Below are positions 52,260 to 59,937 of a stretch of 64,000 nt of DNA, one piece after another. The notes under the pieces were generated by a model, which saw only the letters and a program-made list of their open reading frames with translations, ran no database searches and was not told the origin of the DNA. Both the position numbers and the translations under genes were made by a program. The stretch comes from a virus. The stretch covers positions 1 through 64,000 of the IMG/VR virus record IMGVR_UViG_3300027759_000056. One strand, given 5' to 3'. Numbering within the stretch: position 1 is the stretch's first letter; the number at the start of each line of letters is the position of its first letter.

Positions 52260-52355
52260 ATGAAACTCGTAAATAAACAAATCGTGAAACATGTCATTCA
52301 ATTCTGTTCGAATTGGTATCTTCGCGTATTCGTAAGTTCGGGTGTTTTAAGTTAA
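52260..52355 (+). CDS. leader peptide of tRNA array 1 (MKLVNKQIVKHVIQFCSNWYLRVFVSSGVLS)
   Basis: 31-codon ORF after TTTG..TATCTTTG promoter; control window matches the array; overlaps the antiterminator. Confidence 0.8.
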   Translation: MKLVNKQIVKHVIQFCSNWYLRVFVSSGVLS

Positions 52356-52407
52356 CACATAGTAGCCTTAAAAAGGAAACCCGAACTCACAAGGTTCGGG
52401 TTTTTTT
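52335..52407 (+). terminator. attenuator 1: terminator 52377..52407 and alternative antiterminator AGTTCGGGT (52335-43) : ACCCGAACT (52379-87)
   Basis: mutually exclusive pairings read directly from sequence. Confidence 0.85.
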
Positions 52408-52413
52408 GTTTTT

Positions 52414-52435
52414 AAGTTCTTTGACATGTTGGTAA
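52414..52435 (+). promoter_or_regulatory. rrn-type boxA-like element
   Basis: AAGTTCTTTGACatgTTGGTAA; repeated before array 2. Confidence 0.7.
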
Positions 52436-52443
52436 TCAAAAAT

Positions 52444-52516
52444 GGGACGGTAGCAAAGATGGTCAATGCGCTGGACTGAAAATCCAGTCATGGTGGTTCG
52501 AGTCCACCCCGTCCCA
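52444..52516 (+). tRNA. tRNA-Phe(GAA)
   Basis: CTGGA-CTGAAAA-TCCAG. Confidence 0.92.
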
Positions 52517-52524
52517 CAATACAT

Positions 52525-52601
52525 TGGTGATTAGCTCAGTTGGTTAGAGCACTACGCTGATACCGTAGGGGTCACAGGTTCAAATCCTGTATCACCAACC
52601 A
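52525..52601 (+). tRNA. tRNA-Ile(GAT)
   Basis: CTACG-CTGATAC-CGTAG; CCA encoded. Confidence 0.92.
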
Positions 52602-52606
52602 TAAAT

Positions 52607-52677
52607 TACCCTTTCGTCTAACGGCAGGACGAGTGGTTTTGGTCCACTTAGTGGAGGTTCGAATCCTTCAGGGGTAA
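52607..52677 (+). tRNA. tRNA-Gln(TTG)
   Basis: AGTGG-TTTTGGT-CCACT. Confidence 0.92.
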
Positions 52678-52683
52678 CAATAT

Positions 52684-52757
52684 GACTTCGTAGCTCAATT
52701 GGCTAGAGCACCGTGCTTTTAACACGGGGGTTTCGGGTTCAAGTCCCGATGGGGTCA
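52684..52757 (+). tRNA. tRNA-Lys(TTT)
   Basis: CCGTG-CTTTTAA-CACGG. Confidence 0.92.
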
Positions 52758-52763
52758 CAATAT

Positions 52764-52836
52764 CTTTCCTTAGCTCAGTTGGAAGAGCACTTGGCTTACA
52801 TCCAAGATGTCGTTGGTTCAAATCCAACAGGAAAGA
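52764..52836 (+). tRNA. tRNA-Val(TAC)
   Basis: CTTGG-CTTACAT-CCAAG. Confidence 0.92.
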
Positions 52837-52843
52837 CAAAAAT

Positions 52844-52925
52844 GCCAGTATCGCATAGCGGCAATTGCGGCGGATTGTAAACCCGCTCTCATTTGAGTTC
52901 GTAGGTTCGAGTCCTACTGCTGGCA
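52844..52925 (+). tRNA. tRNA-Tyr(GTA)
   Basis: GCGGA-TTGTAAA-CCCGC; variable arm. Confidence 0.92.
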
Positions 52926-52987
52926 CAAAACTTATAATCCTCCAAAACTCACTTTTTTTACTAGTTTTGGAGAGTTATAGAATATAA

Positions 52988-53061
52988 GTCCATATGCCTG
53001 AGAGGTTCAAAGGGACAGTCTGCAAAACTGTTATTCGTTGGTTCGATTCCAACTATGGACT
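52988..53061 (+). tRNA. tRNA-Cys(GCA)
   Basis: ACAGT-CTGCAAA-ACTGT; U73. Confidence 0.92.
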
Positions 53062-53063
53062 CT

Positions 53064-53138
53064 GTGACTGTAGTTCAGTGGTAGAGCATCGGCTTGTGGT
53101 GCCGAGTGTCGTGGGTTCGAATCCCATCAGTCACCCCA
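53064..53138 (+). tRNA. tRNA-His(GTG)
   Basis: TCGGC-TTGTGGT-GCCGA; C73 plus CCA. Confidence 0.92.
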
Positions 53139-53143
53139 AATAC

Positions 53144-53226
53144 GGAAGTGGTCCGAATGGACGAGGACACCGCCTTGAAAGCGGCTGGCTGTAAAAGGCT
53201 TGGGGGTTCGATTCCCTTCTCTTCCG
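53144..53226 (+). tRNA. tRNA-Ser(TGA), atypical D-arm junction
   Basis: CCGC-CTTGAAA-GCGG; variable arm; G73. Confidence 0.8.
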
Positions 53227-53234
53227 CAAAAAAT

Positions 53235-53309
53235 GGTTCCTTAGTTTAATTGGATAAAACATCTCGCTACGGACGAGAAGATGTGGGGGTTCGAATCCCT
53301 CAGGAATCA
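53235..53309 (+). tRNA. tRNA-Arg(ACG)
   Basis: TCTCG-CTACGGA-CGAGA. Confidence 0.92.
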
Positions 53310-53316
53310 CAACTAC

Positions 53317-53387
53317 GTAAGTGTGGTGTAATGGTAGCATAAAGGTCTCCAAAACTTTTGGCGAGGGTTCGAGTCCTTCCACTTGCG
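53317..53387 (+). tRNA. tRNA-Trp(CCA)
   Basis: AAGGT-CTCCAAA-ACTTT. Confidence 0.92.
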
Positions 53388-53393
53388 CAAAAT

Positions 53394-53475
53394 ACCAAAG
53401 TGGCGTAACGGTAGCCGCATTAGTCTTAGAAACTAATGTCCTAAGGGCGTGTGGGTTCGACTCCCACCTTTGGTA
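53394..53475 (+). tRNA. tRNA-Leu(TAG)
   Basis: TTAGT-CTTAGAA-ACTAA; variable arm. Confidence 0.92.
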
Positions 53476-53486
53476 CAAAAATAAAT

Positions 53487-53568
53487 TGGCAGGTAGCCTA
53501 GAGGTCAGGCAGCAGACTGTTAATCTGCGACGGAAACGTCTACGTGGGTTCGATTCCCACCCTGTCAG
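53487..53568 (+). tRNA. tRNA-Asn(GTT) with long variable arm
   Basis: GCAGA-CTGTTAA-TCTGC; GACG-GAAA-CGTC arm. Confidence 0.88.
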
Positions 53569-53613
53569 CAAAATATTTTTTGTAAAGTCAAATATCTGTT
53601 GTATATTTGTTGT

Positions 53614-54090
53614 ATGGAAAAGGGGTTTATATCATCTTCAAAAGCAATCAAAGGATATACTGAATCAAAAATTGCCAAATCTGAAAACAACGATTGTGTT
53701 GTTAGAGCAATTGCATCAGCTGCGGATATGGATTATGATTCCGCCCACCAATTCGTTAAAGAAACATTCAATAGAAAAAATGGTAAAGGTACTTTTGGAC
53801 TTGGTACTGGTATGAATTTGTTGTCAAAGAATGGTAAACAAATTAACGGTAAAAACATTCAAATTATTTCTGAAGAACACAACACCATGTTGTATTATGT
53901 GGTAGTTAAAGGTGTAAAAAAATTAAGAGCAACAACAACCGCATCATTCATCAAAAAACACCCTGTTGGTTCTTATGTGGTTGTTGTTAAAGGTCATGCG
54001 TTTACCATCAAAGATGGTGTTGTTATTGGTAACCCTGATGATGGTAAAAAAATGAAAAAACACATTACAGGGGCTTGGAAAATTGGATAA
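53614..54090 (+). CDS. conserved phage hypothetical protein
   Basis: NDCVVRAIA..GHA..KDG. Confidence 0.7.
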   Translation: MEKGFISSSKAIKGYTESKIAKSENNDCVVRAIASAADMDYDSAHQFVKETFNRKNGKGTFGLGTGMNLLSKNGKQINGKNIQIISEEHNTMLYYVVVKGVKKLRATTTASFIKKHPVGSYVVVVKGHAFTIKDGVVIGNPDDGKKMKKHITGAWKIG

Positions 54091-54117
54091 TATGTTTTAA
54101 CTTTGTATAACAATAAT

Positions 54118-54191
54118 GGTGTGGTAGCTCAGCAGGTAGAGCAGTAGATTGAAACCCTACGTGCCACGTGGTTCGATTCCCGTTCACACCA
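54118..54191 (+). tRNA. tRNA-Phe(GAA), divergent second copy
   Basis: GTAGA-TTGAAAC-CCTAC; bulged T stem. Confidence 0.75.
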
Positions 54192-54197
54192 CAAAAT

Positions 54198-54329
54198 AAT
54201 TAGATGGGCGTAATGAGGGATGGTACCCGAGTCCCCAAGATTGGAGGTCACCAGTAATAGGTGGCCGTTGCGTCGTAAGGTTGTCTAATCCGTCCTGAAC
54301 GGTATTCGGTTCGAGTCCGACTCTAATTA
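54198..54329 (+). ncRNA. tRNA-like RNA A (acceptor stem and T arm, expanded core)
   Basis: AATTAGA/TCTAATT; TCGG-TTCGAGT-CCGA. Confidence 0.6.
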
Positions 54330-54407
54330 TGAAAAACTAACCCAGTTTCACAATGAGGGCTGATACCTTCGGAGTGGGGGTGACGGTCAGGAAAGACTGA
54401 CAACCAT

Positions 54408-54565
54408 AGTCAGGTGGCGGAATTGGTAGACGATAATGGAGTTATACTATCAAACACAGAGGGTGCGGCGTAGATGGGAACTACTACATTATCTCTTGGA
54501 CGCAAGAGAGCAATATAACCCTAACCATTTGGTATAACGTGTAGGTTCGAATCCTACCCTGACTA
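54408..54565 (+). ncRNA. tRNA-like RNA C (Leu-like D arm, T arm, structured insert in place of the anticodon loop)
   Basis: AGTCAGG/CCTGACT; GGCGGAATTGGTAGACG; GTAGG-TTCGAAT-CCTAC. Confidence 0.7.
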
Positions 54566-54671
54566 CAAAAACATAAACTCAAGTACCCACACAGTGGTGA
54601 GACGGGCTAAGTAAGATACAATTCCTCGGAACTGGGAGTAGAGAGCTTGAGAGTGTTTTTTAATTAAAAAT

Positions 54672-55355
54672 ATGAAAAATTTAGTAAAAGCAATTATTTT
54701 GGTCATTGTTATAGGAATTTTAGGTTTCATAACAAGTTGGAAAGTTTGGGGTAACAATAAACCAATTGAAGATACCGTTAAAATTGATACGGTAAAAATT
54801 AAACCACAAGACACAATTGTGGATGTTAAAGGAAAATACGTTCTTTTTATTGGTGATTCACATACATCAAATCCTAATGGATGGCAAACAATCTTATCCA
54901 ACAAAACAAAGATGAGAATGAATAACATTTCTGTTGGTGGAAAAACTACAGGTTGGATGTTAGAAAGGGCAAAAGAATCAATTCACGAGAATTTAGATTA
55001 TTGTTTTATCTATGGTGGTGCCAATGATATGTTTAACAGTAAAATTACTATTGAAAGTGCCATAAAGAACATTCAAAGAATTGTTAATATTTGTAATTCC
55101 AAAGGTGTTAAACCAGTTGTGATTACGGGATTTGACCCCCTTACTTGTATTAACACACCAGAAAATCCAAACTATAAATTTAAGTATTCCAAATTTCAGA
55201 ATGAATTGATTAAAAAAATTGTTGGTGGAAAGGTGATTAATACTCGTGTGATTACAAAATCGGATTGTTGGGATGGACTTTGTCATATGGCACCATCAGG
55301 ACATAAAAAAATTGGAAATTGTGTTATCAAAGAAATGAAGTTTAAGACATATTAA
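54672..55355 (+). CDS. SGNH/GDSL hydrolase, membrane-anchored
   Basis: IGDSH..G..GGAND..D..H. Confidence 0.85.
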   Translation: MKNLVKAIILVIVIGILGFITSWKVWGNNKPIEDTVKIDTVKIKPQDTIVDVKGKYVLFIGDSHTSNPNGWQTILSNKTKMRMNNISVGGKTTGWMLERAKESIHENLDYCFIYGGANDMFNSKITIESAIKNIQRIVNICNSKGVKPVVITGFDPLTCINTPENPNYKFKYSKFQNELIKKIVGGKVINTRVITKSDCWDGLCHMAPSGHKKIGNCVIKEMKFKTY

Positions 55356-55376
55356 CACATCAGTATATTTATTGAT

Positions 55377-55814
55377 ATGGAAATTACAAAAAGAGACCTT
55401 TTAAATGGTTTATCATCAAAATCAAATCCAGCAACTGAAACTGCAGATGTGGTTGATATGATTGCAACATTACTTCATTCAAGAAATCAGGCTCATGTTT
55501 TTCATTGGCAAACAAAATCACAATCATCATTTGCTGAACATATGGCCTTAGGTACGTATTACGATGAGATTGTTGAATTAATTGATAATATTGTTGAAAG
55601 TTATCAAGGAAAATACGAAATAATTACTGGTTATAAAACAATTAAAACAGTTGATTATAAATCAACAGAACAAGTAATATCTTATTTTAAAGAATTAGAT
55701 GAAAATATTGAAAAAAATAGAACATCGGTTAAAGAATCCTATATTCAAAATCAAATTGATGGAGTTCAAGAATTGATTTACTCAACATTATACAAATTAA
55801 GATTCTTAAAATAA
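55377..55814 (+). CDS. Dps/ferritin-like protein (DUF5856-like)
   Basis: HVFHWQT..EH.AL..YD...D..VE.YQG. Confidence 0.75.
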   Translation: MEITKRDLLNGLSSKSNPATETADVVDMIATLLHSRNQAHVFHWQTKSQSSFAEHMALGTYYDEIVELIDNIVESYQGKYEIITGYKTIKTVDYKSTEQVISYFKELDENIEKNRTSVKESYIQNQIDGVQELIYSTLYKLRFLK

Positions 55815-55849
55815 TTGACGAATCACGGTTTTAAACATATATTTGCCTC

Positions 55850-56461
55850 ATGGCTAAATACACACTTAATACCTATGGATGGTCTTTTGAGGCTATCTGC
55901 AAATCTCTAACTGACGAACAAGTCCAAATTATTAAAGACAAAATGGAAGAAGAAGGTTTTTCGGAACTCCATGAAATCCGTTTTGATTTGGATGAACTAT
56001 TGGACCTTGATTTTTGGGACGGTGAAATATTTCACAAAACCGAAGCGTTTGACAATGGTACAATGCACTTTGAACTTCTTGATGAAGAAGAAAATAAAGT
56101 ATTAGAGTTTGGTATTGGTGAAACCGCCGACTTATACGAAACAATTGAAGATTTTGAAGAAAAGTATGAGTATAGAGGTTATAGTCCGATTCCTGAAGAA
56201 AAAGGACCAACCAATTTGTATTTAAGCATAGATGAAAACAAAGGTGGGATTTTTACATTCAAACTTGAATCTGATACCATACCGACACCATCGGATTTTA
56301 CTTACTCAACAGGTTCAATAGACACAACTGATGGTGATTATGATTTTATTGACAAAATTTTCTTTAAAGGACAACCATTAGAAATTGAAGATTGTTTGGA
56401 TAATTCAGGGAAATCATCCTCATGTATGATTTATACATTGGATGGTGAAACCATAGAATAA
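55850..56461 (+). CDS. acidic hypothetical protein
   Basis: 203 aa ORF. Confidence 0.7.
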   Translation: MAKYTLNTYGWSFEAICKSLTDEQVQIIKDKMEEEGFSELHEIRFDLDELLDLDFWDGEIFHKTEAFDNGTMHFELLDEEENKVLEFGIGETADLYETIEDFEEKYEYRGYSPIPEEKGPTNLYLSIDENKGGIFTFKLESDTIPTPSDFTYSTGSIDTTDGDYDFIDKIFFKGQPLEIEDCLDNSGKSSSCMIYTLDGETIE

Positions 56462-56465
56462 TTAT

Positions 56466-56539
56466 GGCGAGGTAGCTCAGTCGGTTAGAGCGCAGGATTC
56501 ATAACCCTGAGGTGGGGGGTTCAATTCCCTCCCTCGCTA
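56466..56539 (+). tRNA. tRNA-Met(CAT), elongator-like
   Basis: CAGGA-TTCATAA-CCCTG. Confidence 0.88.
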
Positions 56540-56568
56540 CAAATACATAATTGTGAGTATTTATATAT

Positions 56569-58122
56569 ATGATTTTATTTGAAGGTCGTAAGGAAGACTC
56601 ATTTAAGAAATTCCAAAAAAGTATTGATGGTGAAAGAAAGATGATATCCACTTACATGGATGATGCGTCTGCGTATGATTTTTTAATTGGTGAACCTTTT
56701 ATAAAAGAGACTAATTACAAATATCTTAATGATATTTTGGATTATTATTATACCGTAAATTATTATTCAGGTGAAGCTGAGCCTTTAGACAAAGACAAAG
56801 CAAGAAATCTAATATTTGGAATGAGGAGTGAAATTGACAAGATTGTTGCTTCTTTAGAAACATTTGAAAAACACAAATCCAAATTCAAATATCCTGAGTT
56901 TAGAAAATACAATACAAATATAGAAGATTTTTTTAAGGAAGCTCAAAAGATTAAAACTGACGTTGAGACCAAACAGATTGAAAAATCCGCCAAGAAAGAA
57001 ATAGATAAAATTTTTGAAAACGATACGTTGTTGGTTATAAAACCAAAATCATTTACAGCATCTTGTTATTATGGTTCAGGTACAAAATGGTGTACAACAA
57101 TGAAAGGTAATCCATCGTACTTTAATCAATATAGCTCAAGTGGAAACTTGTATTATTTAATATTAAAAAATGTTGATAGAAGTAACAAGTTTTACAAAAT
57201 GGCTATTCACGCACCAAAGAATAAAAGATTTGATGAAGCTTCAATTTGGTACGATTCAACTGACGAAAGATTAACATCAAGAGAAAAAGAATCTGTATTA
57301 GCTCATATGCCAAAAGACGCTTATAATGCAATGGTTAATGACTATAAAACTTCATTCCCTGAAGAGAATCCAATAGATATTATTTACAAGATAATGCCAA
57401 ATGTGAACCAAAATGTGGATGATTATGTATATAAATTCAAAGGTGGTGAAATAGAATTGGCAATTGATTCACCTGAGATTGAAGATACTGACACAAATAG
57501 TCTTAGAATTAGTTCTACTTGGGGTATATCGGAACAAAGAAATGGTAAAGAGGTTTATCATGAAGATGGTGCCATTGATTGTTATTTGGAATCTTATCCA
57601 AATCAAGTGTTATTACCAAACTATTACATAGTTAAAATAAGTTATGAGATAATACCATATTCAGATACTAAAATTGTTGAAAGATATGATGGTACTACAA
57701 CATTACAACTTGACAACGAAAGAAAAAACGACCCAGAATATGTTAGAATACAACTTAACGGTGCATTAAAACAAATATTTGACGGTTTCCAAAATAAAAT
57801 GGAGTATAGACTTAGAAATGATGAGGATTTATTAGAGAAATATCCACCAACAAAGTCTAAAGCTTATACCATGTCAAAATACACCTTCACAGGTAAAGGA
57901 GCGTTAACCAAAGCATTTATGGAATATCTTAAAAACATTCCTGAAGGTAAGGTCGGTAATAAGAACGAATTTTTAACTCAAATAGGTAGAAGAAGTGGTC
58001 CTGGTCAATATAGTAGTTTCTTTTCAGCGTCAAATATGGCAGGTATTAGTGCCAGACAAGGAAAAAGTGGTTTGGTTAAAGGACCAAACTTTGACAAATT
58101 TTACAAGAAAATATTTGAATAA
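56569..58122 (+). CDS. hypothetical phage protein (PcfJ-like WCT domain, paralogous to 33749)
   Basis: KPKSFTASCYYGSGTKWCT. Confidence 0.7.
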   Translation: MILFEGRKEDSFKKFQKSIDGERKMISTYMDDASAYDFLIGEPFIKETNYKYLNDILDYYYTVNYYSGEAEPLDKDKARNLIFGMRSEIDKIVASLETFEKHKSKFKYPEFRKYNTNIEDFFKEAQKIKTDVETKQIEKSAKKEIDKIFENDTLLVIKPKSFTASCYYGSGTKWCTTMKGNPSYFNQYSSSGNLYYLILKNVDRSNKFYKMAIHAPKNKRFDEASIWYDSTDERLTSREKESVLAHMPKDAYNAMVNDYKTSFPEENPIDIIYKIMPNVNQNVDDYVYKFKGGEIELAIDSPEIEDTDTNSLRISSTWGISEQRNGKEVYHEDGAIDCYLESYPNQVLLPNYYIVKISYEIIPYSDTKIVERYDGTTTLQLDNERKNDPEYVRIQLNGALKQIFDGFQNKMEYRLRNDEDLLEKYPPTKSKAYTMSKYTFTGKGALTKAFMEYLKNIPEGKVGNKNEFLTQIGRRSGPGQYSSFFSASNMAGISARQGKSGLVKGPNFDKFYKKIFE

Positions 58123-58150
58123 TTCTTATTAGTGTCTTATACTTTTGATA

Positions 58151-59419
58151 ATGGAAAAATTATCAAATGTAGGGAACAATATTGTGGGCTCTGAAATTAT
58201 TAAAATCTCACAACAAATCAAAGAAATTGCTAAAACAAAATCAGTATCTAACCTAACCATAGGTGACTTTAATTCCAAACTATGGCCAATACCCTCAAAA
58301 TTAAGAGAACACATTCAAGATGCGTATGAGTGGGATTTAACCAACTATCCAAACTCACAAGGAGAACTTGAATTAAGAGAATCCGTATCCAAACACATTA
58401 AACATCAGTTCAATGTTGATTATTCACCTGAAGAAATATTAATTGGTGGTGGAGTTCGTCCATTAATTTATACGGTTTATAAAGCCACGGTAAATCCAAA
58501 TGAAGAGGTGATTTATCCTGTACCATCTTGGAATAATAACCACTATTGTTTTTTACATAACGCAAAAAAAGAAGAAATTGAATGTACACCTGAAAATTCA
58601 TTTTTCCCAACCGTTGAAGATGTTGACGGCAGAATAAGTGATAAAACATCATTGGTTTGTATTTGTTCACCGCAAAATCCAACAGGTCGTGTAATTGACC
58701 CCGAAGTTCTGAAAGGTATTTGTGAGTTGATTGTGAGAGAAAATAAAATCAGGTCAACACAAGTAGGTTCAAGACCATTGTATTTGTTCTTTGACCAGAT
58801 TTATTCTGACATCACCAAAGAAGGTTTGTTTATCCACCCATTAACTTTATGTCCTGAAATCAGAGATTATTTGATTTGTGCTGATGGTATTTCAAAGTCA
58901 TTAAACGCAACTGGTGTTCGTGTTGGTTGGTTGTTTGGTCCAAAAGATATTATTGGAAAGATGACCGAAGTTTTGTCTCACATTGGAGCATGGGCTCCAA
59001 AACCTGAACAACGAGCATTGGATGCGTACATCAGAGAAGATTATGAAGATTACATTTCTCACATTAACTATGTAACAAAATCGTACGAATTTATATCAGA
59101 TAAAATATGTGGTAAGTTGGAAGAATTGAAAAACAAAGGTCATAATGTTGATTACCAAAAACCTGATGGTGGAATTTATATTTCGGTTTATTTGGGTTAT
59201 GTTCATTCATTTCCAACAACTGAAGAGTATATTTCGTTCTTAATTAATACCTGTGGGTTGGGAATTGTTCCGTTTGAATATTTTGGTTCAAAGAGTAACA
59301 AAGGATGGTTTAGAATATCAATTGGTAATGTTGCCGAGTTAAATTTGGACTCAATTATTAAAACAATTGAAAATTCTGTACAAAAATCAGTAAGTTATGT
59401 AAATTCTTTAGCATTTTAA
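58151..59419 (+). CDS. PLP-dependent aminotransferase class I/II
   Basis: SPQNPTG, DQIY, GISKS..TGVRVGW, FRIS. Confidence 0.9.
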   Translation: MEKLSNVGNNIVGSEIIKISQQIKEIAKTKSVSNLTIGDFNSKLWPIPSKLREHIQDAYEWDLTNYPNSQGELELRESVSKHIKHQFNVDYSPEEILIGGGVRPLIYTVYKATVNPNEEVIYPVPSWNNNHYCFLHNAKKEEIECTPENSFFPTVEDVDGRISDKTSLVCICSPQNPTGRVIDPEVLKGICELIVRENKIRSTQVGSRPLYLFFDQIYSDITKEGLFIHPLTLCPEIRDYLICADGISKSLNATGVRVGWLFGPKDIIGKMTEVLSHIGAWAPKPEQRALDAYIREDYEDYISHINYVTKSYEFISDKICGKLEELKNKGHNVDYQKPDGGIYISVYLGYVHSFPTTEEYISFLINTCGLGIVPFEYFGSKSNKGWFRISIGNVAELNLDSIIKTIENSVQKSVSYVNSLAF

Positions 59420-59476
59420 TTGACACTTTTCAAAAGTTTGATATATTTAATAAGAAATTAAATAATAATACATTCA

Positions 59477-59545
59477 ATGATTACCATCAACATATTCGGC
59501 ACACCAGCAACAGAGGCTGATACTTCCAAAGTGGAGATGGGATAA
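59477..59545 (+). CDS. leader peptide of tRNA array 2 (MITINIFGTPATEADTSKVEMG)
   Basis: 22-codon ORF; control codons match the array; overlaps the antiterminator. Confidence 0.75.
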   Translation: MITINIFGTPATEADTSKVEMG

Positions 59546-59598
59546 TATTGTAAAAAAATATCTTACAAAAACCCATCTCAAAAGGATGGGTTTTTTTT
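59534..59598 (+). terminator. attenuator 2: terminator 59567..59598 and antiterminator GAGATGGG (59534-41) : CCCATCTC (59572-79)
   Basis: mutually exclusive pairings read directly from sequence. Confidence 0.82.
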
Positions 59599-59665
59599 GT
59601 GTTTGTTTGGCAGTATCAAAAAAATGTATTAACTTTGTAGTGTTGAAAAACACAACAGAACAAAA

Positions 59666-59687
59666 AAGTTCTTTGACGTATTGGTAA
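59666..59687 (+). promoter_or_regulatory. rrn-type boxA-like element
   Basis: AAGTTCTTTGACgtaTTGGTAA. Confidence 0.7.
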
Positions 59688-59696
59688 GAAAAAATT

Positions 59697-59768
59697 GCTC
59701 GGTTCATCTATCGGTTAGGATGCTAGGTTTTCATCCTAGAAAGAGGGGTTCGACTCCCCTACCGAGTA
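59697..59768 (+). tRNA. tRNA-Glu(TTC)
   Basis: CTAGG-TTTTCAT-CCTAG. Confidence 0.92.
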
Positions 59769-59777
59769 CAAATAAAT

Positions 59778-59852
59778 AGCGGGGTGGAGCAGAGGTAGCT
59801 TGCGAGGCTCATAACCTTGAGGTCACAGGTTCGAATCCTGTCCCCGCTACCA
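59778..59852 (+). tRNA. tRNA-Met(CAT), initiator-like body with A1:U72
   Basis: AGCGGGG acceptor; CGAGG-CTCATAA-CCTTG; CCA. Confidence 0.88.
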
Positions 59853-59860
59853 AAATAAAT

Positions 59861-59934
59861 CGCGAGTTGGTGTAATGGTAACATAATGGGCTCATAACCC
59901 ATAGTTCCGAGTTCGAGTCTCGGGTTCGCAACCA
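59861..59934 (+). tRNA. tRNA-fMet(CAT)
   Basis: C1:A72 mismatch; GGG/CCC anticodon stem; CCA. Confidence 0.9.
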
Positions 59935-59937
59935 ATG

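Noticed and set aside
52648-53815. ORF-track proteins overlapping tRNA array 1 (also 59759..59968, 48168..48434, 48185..48379)
   Set aside because: Spurious reading frames across tRNA genes.
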